A DNA stretch of 58,252 nt, the filler included, from Sluysia triapertura (lineage: Eukaryota), in assembly GCA_046118255.1 (NCBI GenBank). It is 4 parts of 4 records of this genome, joined end to end, with 100 filler letters (N's around TTAATTAATTAA, not from the genome) between each part and the next. Parts side by side here need not be neighbours in the genome. Positions count along the whole stretch, not along the records: positions 1 to 19,470 come from JBJNIA010065407.1; 3 more parts are not named here. The stretch is one strand, 5' to 3'. The notes under the pieces were generated by a model. It was given only the letters and a program-made list of their open reading frames with translations. It did no database searches and was not told the origin of the DNA. Each line of letters starts with the position of its first letter. The stretch's first letter is position 1. Made by a program: the position numbers and the translations under genes. Of the stretch, positions 1 through 12,189 are shown piece by piece.

Positions 1-1384
1 TAATATCATAAATTAATTAAAGAGTCCCAAGTAATTAGACATAGTCATATAAGACCTAAGTCATAAATAAAGAGTTCATCTAAAGTTAATTAAGTTAAGT
101 TATAATAGTACGTCTTCAATAGTGGTTTAAATCGTATATATTAAGCGGACCGACTCCTTAGATATTTTGTAAGTAAGATTAAATTTTAAAAGAAACTCTT
201 GCAATATACAAAATGGATGGTTGCACAATTAAGCTAGTTATAACAGACCCTCTACTTAATTATTGAATCAGTGTTGTTTAAGAGTTAAGAAGAAATTGAT
301 TTGTAATTGTTTAGTTGTTTAAAATTCTTTTAGTTACACCTCGGTAAGGCGTATACTACAAGCGGATCCATTAGAAAACGAAAAAAAATTTTACTGTTAA
401 GTTTATTTTAAAAAGAAAAACGAAATAAAATAAAATCATCTGATTATTGAATTTAATCATGCAAAGTATGTTTTATAACTTGCACTATTTAGTTCATTTC
501 AATTTATTGTCTTATATTTTTGTTAAAATATGTTTTCGTTTATTAGTTGCTAATTTTGTTTTTTAAGGGTCACAAGCTAAAATCATGTCAAATATGTCAC
601 CGTAGTTTCTTATTGACATGTAGATTCACAAAACGAATTAATTCATAAAATTTGAGGATATTATAAATAAAAGATCTAATTATCACTAAAACATACTTAA
701 AATGTAAGAATCCACACAAGCTTTTCTCAATAGGTTTAAGCTTATGAATTGACTAAGGTTATTATTAATATTAATTTCACAATTTTTTTTCATTTAATTT
801 ACTTTTATATTGCTAAAATCTTTTATTTATATTACATTATACAGAATTTAATTTATTGTTTTATATGAAATTTAATTAAAACATTTTACTATTTTACTTA
901 AAATAGTTATATTACTAACAACCTGCTTTAACAGCCTTATAAATGTAAATGTTACGCAAGAATTTACTTAAGATGTAGATTTACAAGTATATATATTGTA
1001 AAACTTATTAATTAAATTTTATATCTTACAGAAATAAAGATTGAAACTTATTTTATTTCATTATTGATTACAATTCAGAATCGACATTTATTTAATGACT
1101 GTTTACCATACGCATGTTGAGTTTATAATAAAATCAATAAGTGCACCATTTTGCACTACACCAGAATTAAAATTTCTAATTTACATCTAAAATTCAAGCA
1201 CACTTTTAAAAATAATAGTTTGTTCATGATATCTCTTGAATGACAATAGATTTTACGCACACATTGATGTAGAAAGCGATGAACAATTAAACAATGTGTG
1301 CTCTTAAATATATATTTTATTGTTTCATCGCTGCATAAATCATTATATTTAATTAAGTTTACATTTAAAGATCTTAACGATTCC

Positions 1385-4300
1385 ATGGCACTAAGTTTGG
1401 ATTCTCAAACAGCAAATCTAGCTCTGTATAAAGTAAAAGAAATACGATGTATATTGATTTCATATAGGAAAAGCTTAACAATTTGGAATATGGTGTTTCA
1501 TATGAAATTCTTGAACATGAAGAACATAAACAAGAGAATATAATTAAAGAAATCAATGAATTTTTAAGTTTAAAAACAGTATGATTCAGAAATATTTAAA
1601 ATAATTGTATTTAGAATGGAGAACAACTAAAGCACTTATCAGAAATAAATGTAATGTTATACTTACGTTTAATGTAATTTAGAATGACAGTAAAGCTAAT
1701 AAAGATACACTTAAATATCTAAAAAATATTTCAAGCCTAGAAAAACAATATTCCGTAATATCTTAAAAATTGTTAATAATTTTATAGATTTTGGCCAGCA
1801 AAATTGGAGCTTGTTCAATGCACCAAAGTAATCCAAATAATTTTTCGGAAATTATGTACGCAAATAAAGTAAAAATAATATATTTAATTTATTGATTTTA
1901 TGTAGCCAATAACTAATCAAGTAAAACAATGTTGGAATTATGTTAATAGAATATCACATTTATTACAAGTGCATTTAAAAAATGCTACAAACTATCATAT
2001 AGTAACTAATTGTAATATATTTATTAATTATAACTAGTTTCATCATGAAGTTAATGAAGTATCAGCATTGATAGATAAAAGATGGAAATTAATAACGCAA
2101 CAAGTGTCAAATTTTGAATCGGATGGAAGCAAAAGAGAATCTAACACCTTAATGTCAAATTTAAAAGATCATTTGTCATATTTTATTTATTTATGGAATC
2201 GAATAGACAATTTAGTGTCAGACTCTAAAAGGTTAGTGCCAATAAATCTCAGACAGGATCCAGTTTGTAATAAGAATATCATTGCTCAAAGTTTATTAGA
2301 ATATAAAAGTAAAAAAAATTTCATTAATTTCACATATAATAGATTCATCAATATCAATTGAAAATAATGAAGAAATACATATTTTGAATAATTCTGATCC
2401 AAATATGTGGAAAGTTAAAAATTCTAAAGGTGAAGTTGGACTTGTGCCATCTGTGTGTGTTTGGATACCTGGTCCTGATATAATATCAATTGAAAAAATC
2501 AGCAAGTTTGTATTTTGATTTAGAGTATAATGAGTATTAATATACTTAAATCATTGTCTTCCGATGACGCCACATCCAATTTATATTTTTAAAGTTCTAT
2601 CTTAATAATATTTTATTTTATGTATTTGAATTTTTAAAGATAGAATGAAATATCTTATTTTTTATTTTAAATTTTAAAATTTATGTAAATTTAAAACACA
2701 ATTTATAAGTTGTAAATTACAGTTTTAAGATTAATTTTTATTTATTTATTTTTTTAATTAATTTTATTTAATTTATTTTTTAATATTAATTTTATATTTA
2801 AACAAATTTTTAATAATTTTAATAAATCATATCTGTTAATTCACTCCAAATTAATACTTCAGTAATATTGACACCGAAATGCAAAATTTGTTAAAATACA
2901 TTTCCAAATACTTCAATTTCCAAAAGAATTTATGTAGATAAGAGTCCGTTATGTTCTGTTAATCTTCATTTTGTTGTCTACGAGGAACTTTGATTTTTTG
3001 ATTCTAGGCTTATTTGATTCTGTAACTTATTGTTAGTTCAATATAATTTTTCAGAAAATGTGTATTCTAATAATTAACCGAATAATCCTAATCTCAGGTA
3101 AAATAAAACTTCGGTTTGTATCCTTTAATGTGAAAGCGTTCAATGTTTCATGACATGTGCCAGAAAATTTCAAGTGGTTTTGACAGTTTGCATCCATTGT
3201 AAAATTATGTAAACAAGGTGAAGTTTTTTTGTACCTTCCAAATAATTTCAAAAATCTTATTAATATATTTTTTATTTGTATTGGTAATTTTAATAAATTA
3301 AATTTTATTTTCAAACTTAATTAGATTTAGTGAGTTGCAACATTTTCCCACCGTGTGATCGTGAAATTTTGATTGAAAAATTTTTTTGGGGTAATTAATA
3401 TTTACGATATATTGGCATATTTAAGAAAAACTAACACAAAGTGTATTTGTAAACCGAATTTCCGTAGTCATAGCATAATTCTTAATTTTGTAATAATTTA
3501 TTAACATTTAGCTTAAGAAATGCTTTACGAAAAAATTGGGAAATGGCTTTAAAACGTTACGAAATACTATTGGCAGATCATTATTATAATTTATTCATAA
3601 AATTACTAGAACAGGTTAGAATTCTTAAACACATACTGATTTAAATTAGGATTTTTATACCGATAACCAAAAGTTTTTTTTAAAAATGTTGAACAACATC
3701 GAAGAACTATTAATCATTCATTCAAATAATAAGAAGTGTGATAAATTAAAAGATTTAGTTGATGATATTAAAACGAAAATCGAAAGTAAGTAATATTTCT
3801 TGTTTATAATTTGTTAGATAATTTATATTCAAGCAATGCGCATCTTGTTGGTCAAGCAGAAATAGAAAACATGGTTTTACCAATATTAAGATTTCAGGTA
3901 TTAAGATTTTAACTACTTTGTATTTGTAATTAGGATAACGTTTTTAATCTGAGGCAATTGCGAGAATCGACCAATTTTAGTAAAGAACTCGAAGAATGTA
4001 AGGAAGAATTAAGAGTAAAAGAAAAAAGACTTTTAAACAGTTTAAGTACACTACAGTACGGTTTTATATTATTTTGATTAAAATTTTAGACAAATTCATA
4101 ATGAAAGTCGGAATGAACTTAAGAAGATAATTGAAAGTGTTAATATTACAAATTGCACTGAAATGTATAATCGACACTTAGAGAATGCAATTGTTACTGA
4201 AAATAATTCTGATACAGGTCCATATCATTCTAGATCACCAAATGATTTCGAATATAAAAATCAGCGAAGTAGCCAGATTCAACATGAACGTACAACTTAC

Positions 4301-7300
4301 AGCAAGGGAACTTCGATTCAAGAAGATATGTTTTCAATTGTCTCAGAAACTACATCTTACAATACAAATAGTCAAAAATCAAAAAATTTGAAATCTTTAA
4401 AGAAACGCAAACGAATATCACTTGATGTTCAAACTCAAATAGGAATAATTATGCGTGATAGTACTACTCAATATGATGATGATTCATTAAGTAACAATTA
4501 TAAGAAGCGTAAAAGAAAGAGAGCTTTGGTTGACTGTATGACCCAAATTGGTTATTTTACTAAAACAACAGGTTCACAGACTCCCTCACACTTGCTTGAA
4601 TCAAAAACAAAAATGAAAATGGATAGTATGACGCAAATTCACGTTTTACACAGAGACAATTGTTCGCAAACTCACAAGCATAAGCGTTTAAAATGTGACT
4701 GTCAAACACAAATAGGGCGTTTCTATTCAACAACCGGATCACAAACTGCACTACCAAAAAGTAATTTTATGGTACAAGCAGCAAGTGAAAGATATGATGT
4801 TATGACGCAAATAACTGTATTGAAATCTGAAAATGGTAATCAAACTGAAAAGACATTAATAACCGAAGAAAATAACTTACCCAATAAGTCTGTCATTATA
4901 ATTTCAGTCAAAGACAATACACCTATTGAAATTATTCAGAAAGATATTCAAGATAATTATTCTAACTTAAAAATAAACCAACCATTTACTGTAATAGACA
5001 GTAGTAGAGATGAATCTGGTAATTTGTTATATAATATCAATGAAAATGCAAAAATTAGTCATATAGGAGATGTTGATATATTATTACTTAAACCAGAGAA
5101 GAAAAAAACAAAAAAGATTCAAACAGGATACTCACAAAATTCAGAAAAATGGGATAGTATGTGTCAAATACAATATTTACATAATGATTGTTATACACAA
5201 ACCGAAACAGATAAAGTAGACTATTTTCAAAATAAAATAAATAATACTGCAGACATGGATAGTCAACATAATAGGTTGGATCAAGAACTTCAAAATGATG
5301 ATAATATTAGGACAACAAAAAGTAAAATAATACAAGTTGGTTTATCAAAAATTGATTGCAATTATGAAGTTGCGTGTCAAATCGGCAAAATAATTGCTGA
5401 ATCACAATCACAAACAGATGATATTGGAACAGATTTAACGAACAATGGTAAATCAAATCACTTAAAAAGGATAAAAAAGATTCAAACAGGTTATTCAACG
5501 ATAAATAATTTTTCGGATGTTGAGTGTCAATCAGGAGAAATAAGAGTAAATAGCAATATACAGACAGAGACAGCTGAAAGAATAATGAATGAAAAAGAAG
5601 AAAAGATGACTCAAGTAGGAATAAATGGTAAAATGGAATCAGATGTTTCTTGCCAAATATATACGATAACAAAAGATAACGAAAGTCAGACAGAAGGACG
5701 TGAATTAAAGCAAAAACTAAAAGAAACAAGGGATCCTCAATCAGATTCATGTATTATAGAAAGACAAAAAGGAAAGAAAGTTCAAGTAGGATATCCGAGA
5801 TTAAGTGAATCGTTAGATGTGGCTTGTCAATCTGGCCATTTAGTGGAAAGTAGTAGTTGTCAGACCGAAATAAACGATGAAGAAATGGTTGCAATTTATA
5901 GTAAACAGGATGAGAAGGCATTATCATTATGTGATTTGATTGATGAAGAAATTCAATATGGTAATGAATTACTAAGTGAGGCTATNNNNNNNNNNNNNNN
6001 NNNNNNNNNNNNNNNNNNNNNNNNNNNNNNNNNNNNNNNNNNNNNNNNNNNNNNNNNNNNNNNNNNNNNNNNNNNNNNNNNNNNNAATATCGTGTAAAGG
6101 GAAGAAAGTTCAAGTAGGATATCCGAGATTATTTGAATCACTAGATGTTGCTTGTCAATCAGGCCATTTAGTGGAAAGCAGTAGTTGTCAGACCGAAATA
6201 AACGATGAAGAAATGGTTGCAATTTATAGTAAACGTGATGAGAAGGCATTATCATTATGTGATTTGATTGATGAAGAAATTCAATATGGTAATGAATTAC
6301 TAAGTGAGGCTATGTTTGGAAGAGAAAGAAAAGGAAAGAAATTACAAGTTGGATCACCGAGAATTGATTATGATTATGACGTATCATGTCAAGCTGGTCA
6401 CGTGATATTAGAAAGTAGTTGTCAGACTGATGGCGATCTTGAAGATGGAGATGAAACTATGAGTGCAGTAAAAGCAATGAAGGAAGAAAGTCGTGGAGGT
6501 ATTGGAAGTTGTAAAGAATATTGCGAAAAAGAAATTCAGTCAGATGCAGTACCGATTGAAATATCGTGTAAAGGGAAGAAAGTTCAAGTAGGATATCCGA
6601 GATTATTTGAATCACTAGATGTTGCTTGTCAATCAGACCATTTAGTGGAAAGTAGTAGCTGTCAGACCGAAATAAACGATGAAGAATTGGTTGTATTACA
6701 TAGCAAACTTGATGAAAATATATTGCCGTTTTGTACTTTAGTTGATGAAAACATCCAGTTTTCTACTTACATTTTACATCATGATGCGTTACTTGATGTT
6801 AGCCCTATTCTTTGTGATAGATTTATTGATGTTTCTTCTATTTCATCTGAGTTTGCAGCTGTTAGTAAAAAGTTTCAAGTTGGGAATGGTTCAATTTATT
6901 TGAATTCTGTTGGTTTTAACACCGATTTACTTTCTTATGTTAATGTTGGACTGGACCATCAGTACTCTGAAGGCATGTCTTCACAGAAAAATGAAATGTA
7001 TTCAGTTTCATTACAAATATCCCCAAAATATTGTTTTGATAAGGAAACTCACTTATTTTTGAGCTATTTTAATGAACAAGTTGATACATTATTTCCACAT
7101 ATAATGGTTGATGAATCTTTGGATACCATTGATTCTGATTCGTACATTCCACCTGTATTCAATAAGCAATATACATCATATGAGAAGCAATTACAACAGA
7201 AAACTAATATAGAAATTAGTGAAGATTTTAGTTTAGCACCGAAATTGATAAAATTATGTGAAAACACACAAAGTGTCGCAGAAAGAATAACAAAGAAACA

Positions 7301-10300
7301 TATGCTTGATTTTAGTATTGATCATGATTCAAATACATATATAAGTCTTTCACCTAAATTTGTAAGTGGAAATAAACCGGAAGAATTTTCAGTCAATGCG
7401 AATGTAACAAATCTGAAAAGTGAATCGATCTTATATAATAGATTAAGTGATCCAATTGTTGTTAGTATTGAACATAATTTAAATGAAGTTGATGAAGAAT
7501 GTATACCATATCAGAAACATTCACAACAGGAAAGCAAACCATTAGAAGACAACGATTATAGTTTGGTACCGAAATTGATAAAATTAACTGAAGAAGTTGA
7601 TCCACGATCTTCGGCAATAAAACACTCGCAACAAAATTATCAAATTGTGAAAGATTTGGAAATCGAATCTGAAAAGAAGAAATTATGTGAAGTTAGTATT
7701 GGCCATAGTGTTTTACTTGAAGAAACCTCTATAGAATGTAATACCAACGTTTTGAATATGGATTATATCAATATGACTCCAAAATTTATTATTAGTACAA
7801 AAAGACCGATTATGCATGACATTATTACAGAGTCCAGAGATTCTCAAAAGCATAATATATTGACTTGTAGAAACCTTTTTAAAATTGAAGACGAAGAAGT
7901 TCTTTATAAGCCATCAGAAGAGAAAGTATGTAAGAAACATAACGATATGTGTTCTACTGTTAGTTTAGTACCAAAAGTTATTTCTAAACCAAAGTTTTAT
8001 AATATTCTCACACCATCGATTAATTCAAAATCAGCTAATATCTTGTGTGAATCAATATTGTCGAATACTACACATATTTCAAATAAATTTAGTCCGCCTC
8101 TGATGAAAGAAGAAATTATTTCTTACGATTATAAATCACAAAATCAACAGCAATATATCGAACATGATTATTATACAAATATAAATGATCACATTCAGGA
8201 TATTAGTCTTTCTCCTAAATTTGTAAATGTAACAAATCTGAAAAGTGAATCGATCTTATATAATAGATTAAGTGATCCAATTGTTGTTAGTATTGAACAT
8301 AATTTAAATGAAGTTGATGAAGAATGTATACCATATCAGAGACATTCACAGCAGGAAAGTAAACCATTAGAAGATAAAGATTGCAGTTTGGAACCAAAAT
8401 TGATAAAATTAACTGAAAGTAACGAAGTTGATCCACGATCTTCAGCAATAAAACACTCGCAACAAAATTATCAAATTGTGAAAGATATGGAAATCAAATT
8501 TGAAAAGAAGAAATTATGTGAAGTTAGTATTGAACACGATTCAACTGAACACATAGATTATATTAGTCTCTCGCCTAAATTTGTAGATAGAAGTAAACCA
8601 GAAGAATTTTCAGTCAATGTGAATGTAACAAATATGAAAAATGATTCGATTATGTATGGTGGATTAAGTGATCGACTTGTAGTTGATATTGAATACGATT
8701 TGAATGAAATTAGTAAAGAATACATGTCAGACCAGAAACAACTACAACAAAAAACGAAAAATTCAACAGATGAGGATTGTAATTTAGAACCGAAATTAAT
8801 TAAATTACGTGAAATCGACATTTCTGATGGTATAAATTCAAAATTGGTTTGCACAGCTAAAGAAAGTGACTTTCTCTTGAATCAGAAAAAAGTTATGAAA
8901 ACTGAAGTTGTGATGTATGATAGAACACAAATTTATAAAGAAGCATCTATAGAGCATGGATTTGATTCAGAATTAGTTGATAAACATCAAGAAAATATAT
9001 ATGATTTAGAATATAACAAATCAAATGAAATGTCGAACAGTATTCATCTGAAACCTAAATTATTGTCATATCAAAACTATGTAGATAAATCAACATCTAC
9101 ACCAGAAATTTGTGGAAAATTTGAAAAAGGTTCTCAAGCAATTAATCGACCAAATTTCGATGAAATAACACAAACGGTGTTATCAGACATTAAAAATACA
9201 TCTCAATTTTTGAGTAAACCGAAACATTTCGAAACATCTATTGATGTTGATTTCGGCAATGAATATATAATTGAATCCACTAAATCTAAATCAGTTATTA
9301 CCACTAAAAAAGAAATTCTTCCTTCACTTTCTATTTCGGATTTTGTTTCGGATAAGGAAGAATATTTATCTAATTCAGGTAATACATTGACTTCAGTATT
9401 AAAGAACACTAAAACTCAAAGTTGGGATGTAAATAGAAAATTACCTACGAAAAGTTGTCAAACACATCATAAATTTTGCACAAGTGACTCTGATTTAATT
9501 GAGATGTATGACGTTTTGAAAAAATCGAAATATTTAAAGAATGCTGCAAGTGAAACAACTGAATGTGATAATGTATATGAGTATTTATATGAACAAAAGG
9601 GAGCTAAGTATTTATTACATCAATATCAAAAGTTTGTTAAAACTGTTGATTTTAATGTCCAAACTAATATGTATAATACTATTTCGACAAAGACACAATC
9701 AACTTCATTTTCAGAAGGAAATGTTGTACAAACAATTAACAGTAATGTTGATGATGACGACAGAAATTCTTCACGAGCAGATATATCTGAAAATGTGCAT
9801 ACAAAACGACCGCATAAAAATAAGCGAATCCAACGAGGTTGTAGTGTATTTCAAAGAAAAAATGCTGAAACAAATACAACTGAGTCATATGGTGATCATA
9901 TCGAAGTAACATACACGGAGACAATTTTAGAAGAATCTGTAGTTACGAAGCGACCTGTATCAAAAGTGTCTACAACTGTTGATGAAACAGGTAATGAATC
10001 AAAATCTAGCACCTTAACCAGAATATCAACTAAATCGACACCTATACCTGTTTTTAGTCAGTCTGATAAGTCTATTCAAACAGAAAAAGAAAACAACCAA
10101 ACTTTTCTTCAAGAAATAAACTACGATAACATTTTAACTCTTGTAAGAAATTATAATGTTAAGGGTGTAAAAGATTTTAGAAATAACAATTTTATTATTC
10201 CATTATTAGATGCTATCGATAACAAATTGATTGATTTAAATTCTGATAAATTTTATATATCTTCTTCAAAGTCCATATCAATATTTGATGCTATTAGTAA

Positions 10301-10322
10301 AGGATTTATTGAAGCTTCGTGA
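1385..10322 (+). CDS. Plakin-family cytolinker-like protein, 13 exons: plakin domain + SH3, long QT-motif and repeat region, C-terminal plectin-repeat-like segment
   Basis: Manually spliced GT-AG exons 1385-1432, 1468-1578, 1615-1650, 1683-1754, 1788-1868, 1906-2001, 2038-2308, 2343-2505, 3512-3614, 3650-3785, 3818-3897, 3934-4055, 4090-10322 keep one open frame, apart from the 100-N gap. Translation includes QCWNYVNRISHLLQVHLKNATNYHIFHHEV (cf. plakin QWSWxLQLxxCIExHLKENxAYFQFF) and the plakin SH3 LLEYKNSSISIENNEEIHILNNSDPNMWKVKNSKGEVGLVPSVCVWIPGPD. The C-terminus IIPLLDAIDNKLID...SISIFDAISKGFI resembles plectin repeats. The start codon is tentative because an AG acceptor at 1369-1370 could add upstream exons. 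Confidence 0.85.
5770..6690 (+). repeat. Coding tandem repeat, 474-bp (158-aa) unit, collapsed across a 100-N gap
   Basis: GKKVQVGYPRLxESLDVACQSxHLVESSSCQTEINDEE occurs at ~5770, ~6099 and ~6573 with near-identical DNA; position 6086 corresponds to 6560 (period 474). Confidence 0.9.
7401..8532 (+). repeat. Intra-exon ~300-bp duplication (7401-7701 and 8226-8532), with a more diverged partial copy at ~8560-8810
   Basis: NVTNLKSESILYNRLSDPIVVSIEHNLNEVDEECIPYQ...KKKLCEVSI is repeated almost identically in DNA and protein. Confidence 0.9.
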
Positions 10323-10481
10323 TTATATTTTATTTAGTTTTTCATTTACTTTTTAACATATCATAACTTTATATGTTTTTATTAGAGATTGTTTTAATGT
10401 GTGGTTATGAACCAGAAATTTAAAAATTTTTTGAAAAATTATGTTATGACTATTTTACGATCTACATAGTATGAATTAAAT

Positions 10482-10658
10482 ATGAGCTTATATAATTTAA
10501 CATTGCAAAAGAGCACTGGAATAATTAAAGCTGTGCATGGACATTTTTCGGGCACCAAACAACAAGAAATAGCAGTAGCAAAAGTGAAAACAATAGAATT
10601 ATTACGAACTGATCAAAGTTCTGGAAAAGTTCAAACATTAATCTCAACAGAAGTTTTT
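10482..10658 (+). pseudogene. SF3B3: SF3B3 (SAP130/Rse1) N-terminal fragment, first ~59 aa only, fused to unrelated sequence
   Basis: MSLYNLTLQKSTGIIKAVHGHFSGTKQQEIAVAKVKTIELLRTDQSSGKVQTLISTEVF matches the SF3B3 N-terminus (MFLYNLTLQRATGISFAIHGNFSGTKQQEIVVSRGKILELLRPDPNTGKVHTLLTVEVFG). Similarity stops abruptly after EVF and there is no usable intron. Confidence 0.85.
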
Positions 10659-11860
10659 GAATTTAGTTGTTTAGAGAGTGATAGAATGATAGAAATGTAT
10701 CGATATCTATTAACTTTGCAAGAAAAATTTGATACATTTAAGTGCACTTTATCAAACCTTGAATGTTTTATGAATTTTGACATGGCTATTAGAGTTGGTA
10801 AAGCATTCCAAGCTATTATTTCAGACTTACGTACAAATAAATACGATTTAAATGTTAAAAATGATTCTAGTGAAATGCTACTTCGTAAACCATATAAATG
10901 TAAAGACAGTGATGCAAAACTTTACTTAAGAAAATATGCTAATAATGTGACTATCAAATAATGATAGCGCATGATGATAAAGATGCTTTATATTTACTGT
11001 TAAGTAACAAGTTTAATGTTGAAGAGTTTTTGGTGTATATGTCTGAAGTTAGTTTTAATATAAGTGATTATTATGTATCGATCGAATTAATTGATAATGA
11101 TTTAAAAGAAAAGTATTCTGAATCTTGCAATTCAAAAAGATTCAGAAGAATGTTGAAGTCACTATCCAGAAGTGGTGGATGTGCTTCAAATGTTGATTTT
11201 AGAATTAACGTATCCAATAAAATTGAACAGCTTTGTTTGATGAGAGATTGTAATAACGATTATACAATCCAATTCATTCCGACGAGAATGATTACATTGT
11301 TACCAAGTTTAAAAAATTTTGAAATTGAATATTTTAAGTCTGCACAATCCCAAAATATTAAAGATAAGAGTGAAGATGAAGTTGAAGAGAATAGGGAGAA
11401 AGAATTACGTCTCTCTCTTGTTGTGTTATCTAGTGTGAGTGATGAGTTCAAAATTATGTCATCTAGTTTTGGCTGTATTCTTCGAATATGGTCGTTTAAA
11501 AGTGTTAATAAAAATGCTATTTGTTTTAAGTATTCTTCTTCACCATTAAACTCTATTATTTTATTTGATTTATCGTGCTTTACCAAGAGTAGTAAAACTT
11601 CCCGCATTATTGTCTGTGGGAGTGCTCATAGAACAATTCGAATTTGGAATGGAGATTCTGGATCGTGTTTAGCTATAATGTTCGGCCATGATAACAGATC
11701 CTCTATTAACGAAGATACGCGTAAACGAGCTGAATTGTTAGAACCCTACGTTACTAATGGCATGATTGAGCACGCAGCTGGTACGTCATTGCTGGAACCG
11801 AACTACCATAGAGACGCATTCCAAAGGAGAAAAAATGTTATGAAATCTCGTGGCTTTCTA
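10659..11860 (+). pseudogene. Intronless mosaic coding sequence with two WD40-like repeats; likely chimeric or pseudogenic
   Basis: ORFs 10482-10961 and 10961-12316 overlap at TAATG. IMSSSFGCILRIWSF and IVCGSAHRTIRIWNGDSGSCLAIMFGHDN are WD40-like. Beyond ~11860 the ORF runs through AT-rich sequence that does not look coding. Confidence 0.5.
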
Positions 11861-12189
11861 ACTTTTATATTTGATCAATATCTTATAACTTTTTTATCAC
11901 TTCTATATGATCGTATAGTCGATAACTTTTCACGTAAGAATGTTTATTTAGTTAGAAATTTGTATCATAGTAAACTAATTGTGGATACATTTAAAAATAG
12001 TGTTAATAAAATTTCAATGTGTTCTTATATTGATTTTTGTTTTCAAATTTTTAATTTAAAATATATCAAGTGCCTTAAGCACCTATATTATAATATTAAA
12101 CCACTATATGTTAAGGAAAAATTATGTCATTATAGTTTAACAAATTTAGCTAAATTTCAAATGTTAAAACCTAAGAGTAATCAAAAAAA

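Noticed and set aside
5976-6097. Two separate genes or a programmed frameshift between the 644-aa and 1448-aa ORFs
   Set aside because: The frame change is caused by the arbitrary 100-N gap; repeat geometry predicts an in-frame fill.
5770-8810. CRISPR-like or satellite array
   Set aside because: The repeats are long, in frame and protein-coding, with no repeat-spacer structure, and the DNA is eukaryotic.
4560-9924. Short minus-strand and alternate-frame ORFs within the giant exon
   Set aside because: Shadow ORFs of the plakin coding sequence.
10959-10963. TAATG as functional translational coupling or an operon
   Set aside because: In a eukaryotic, chimeric context a frameshift in a decaying sequence is the simpler explanation.
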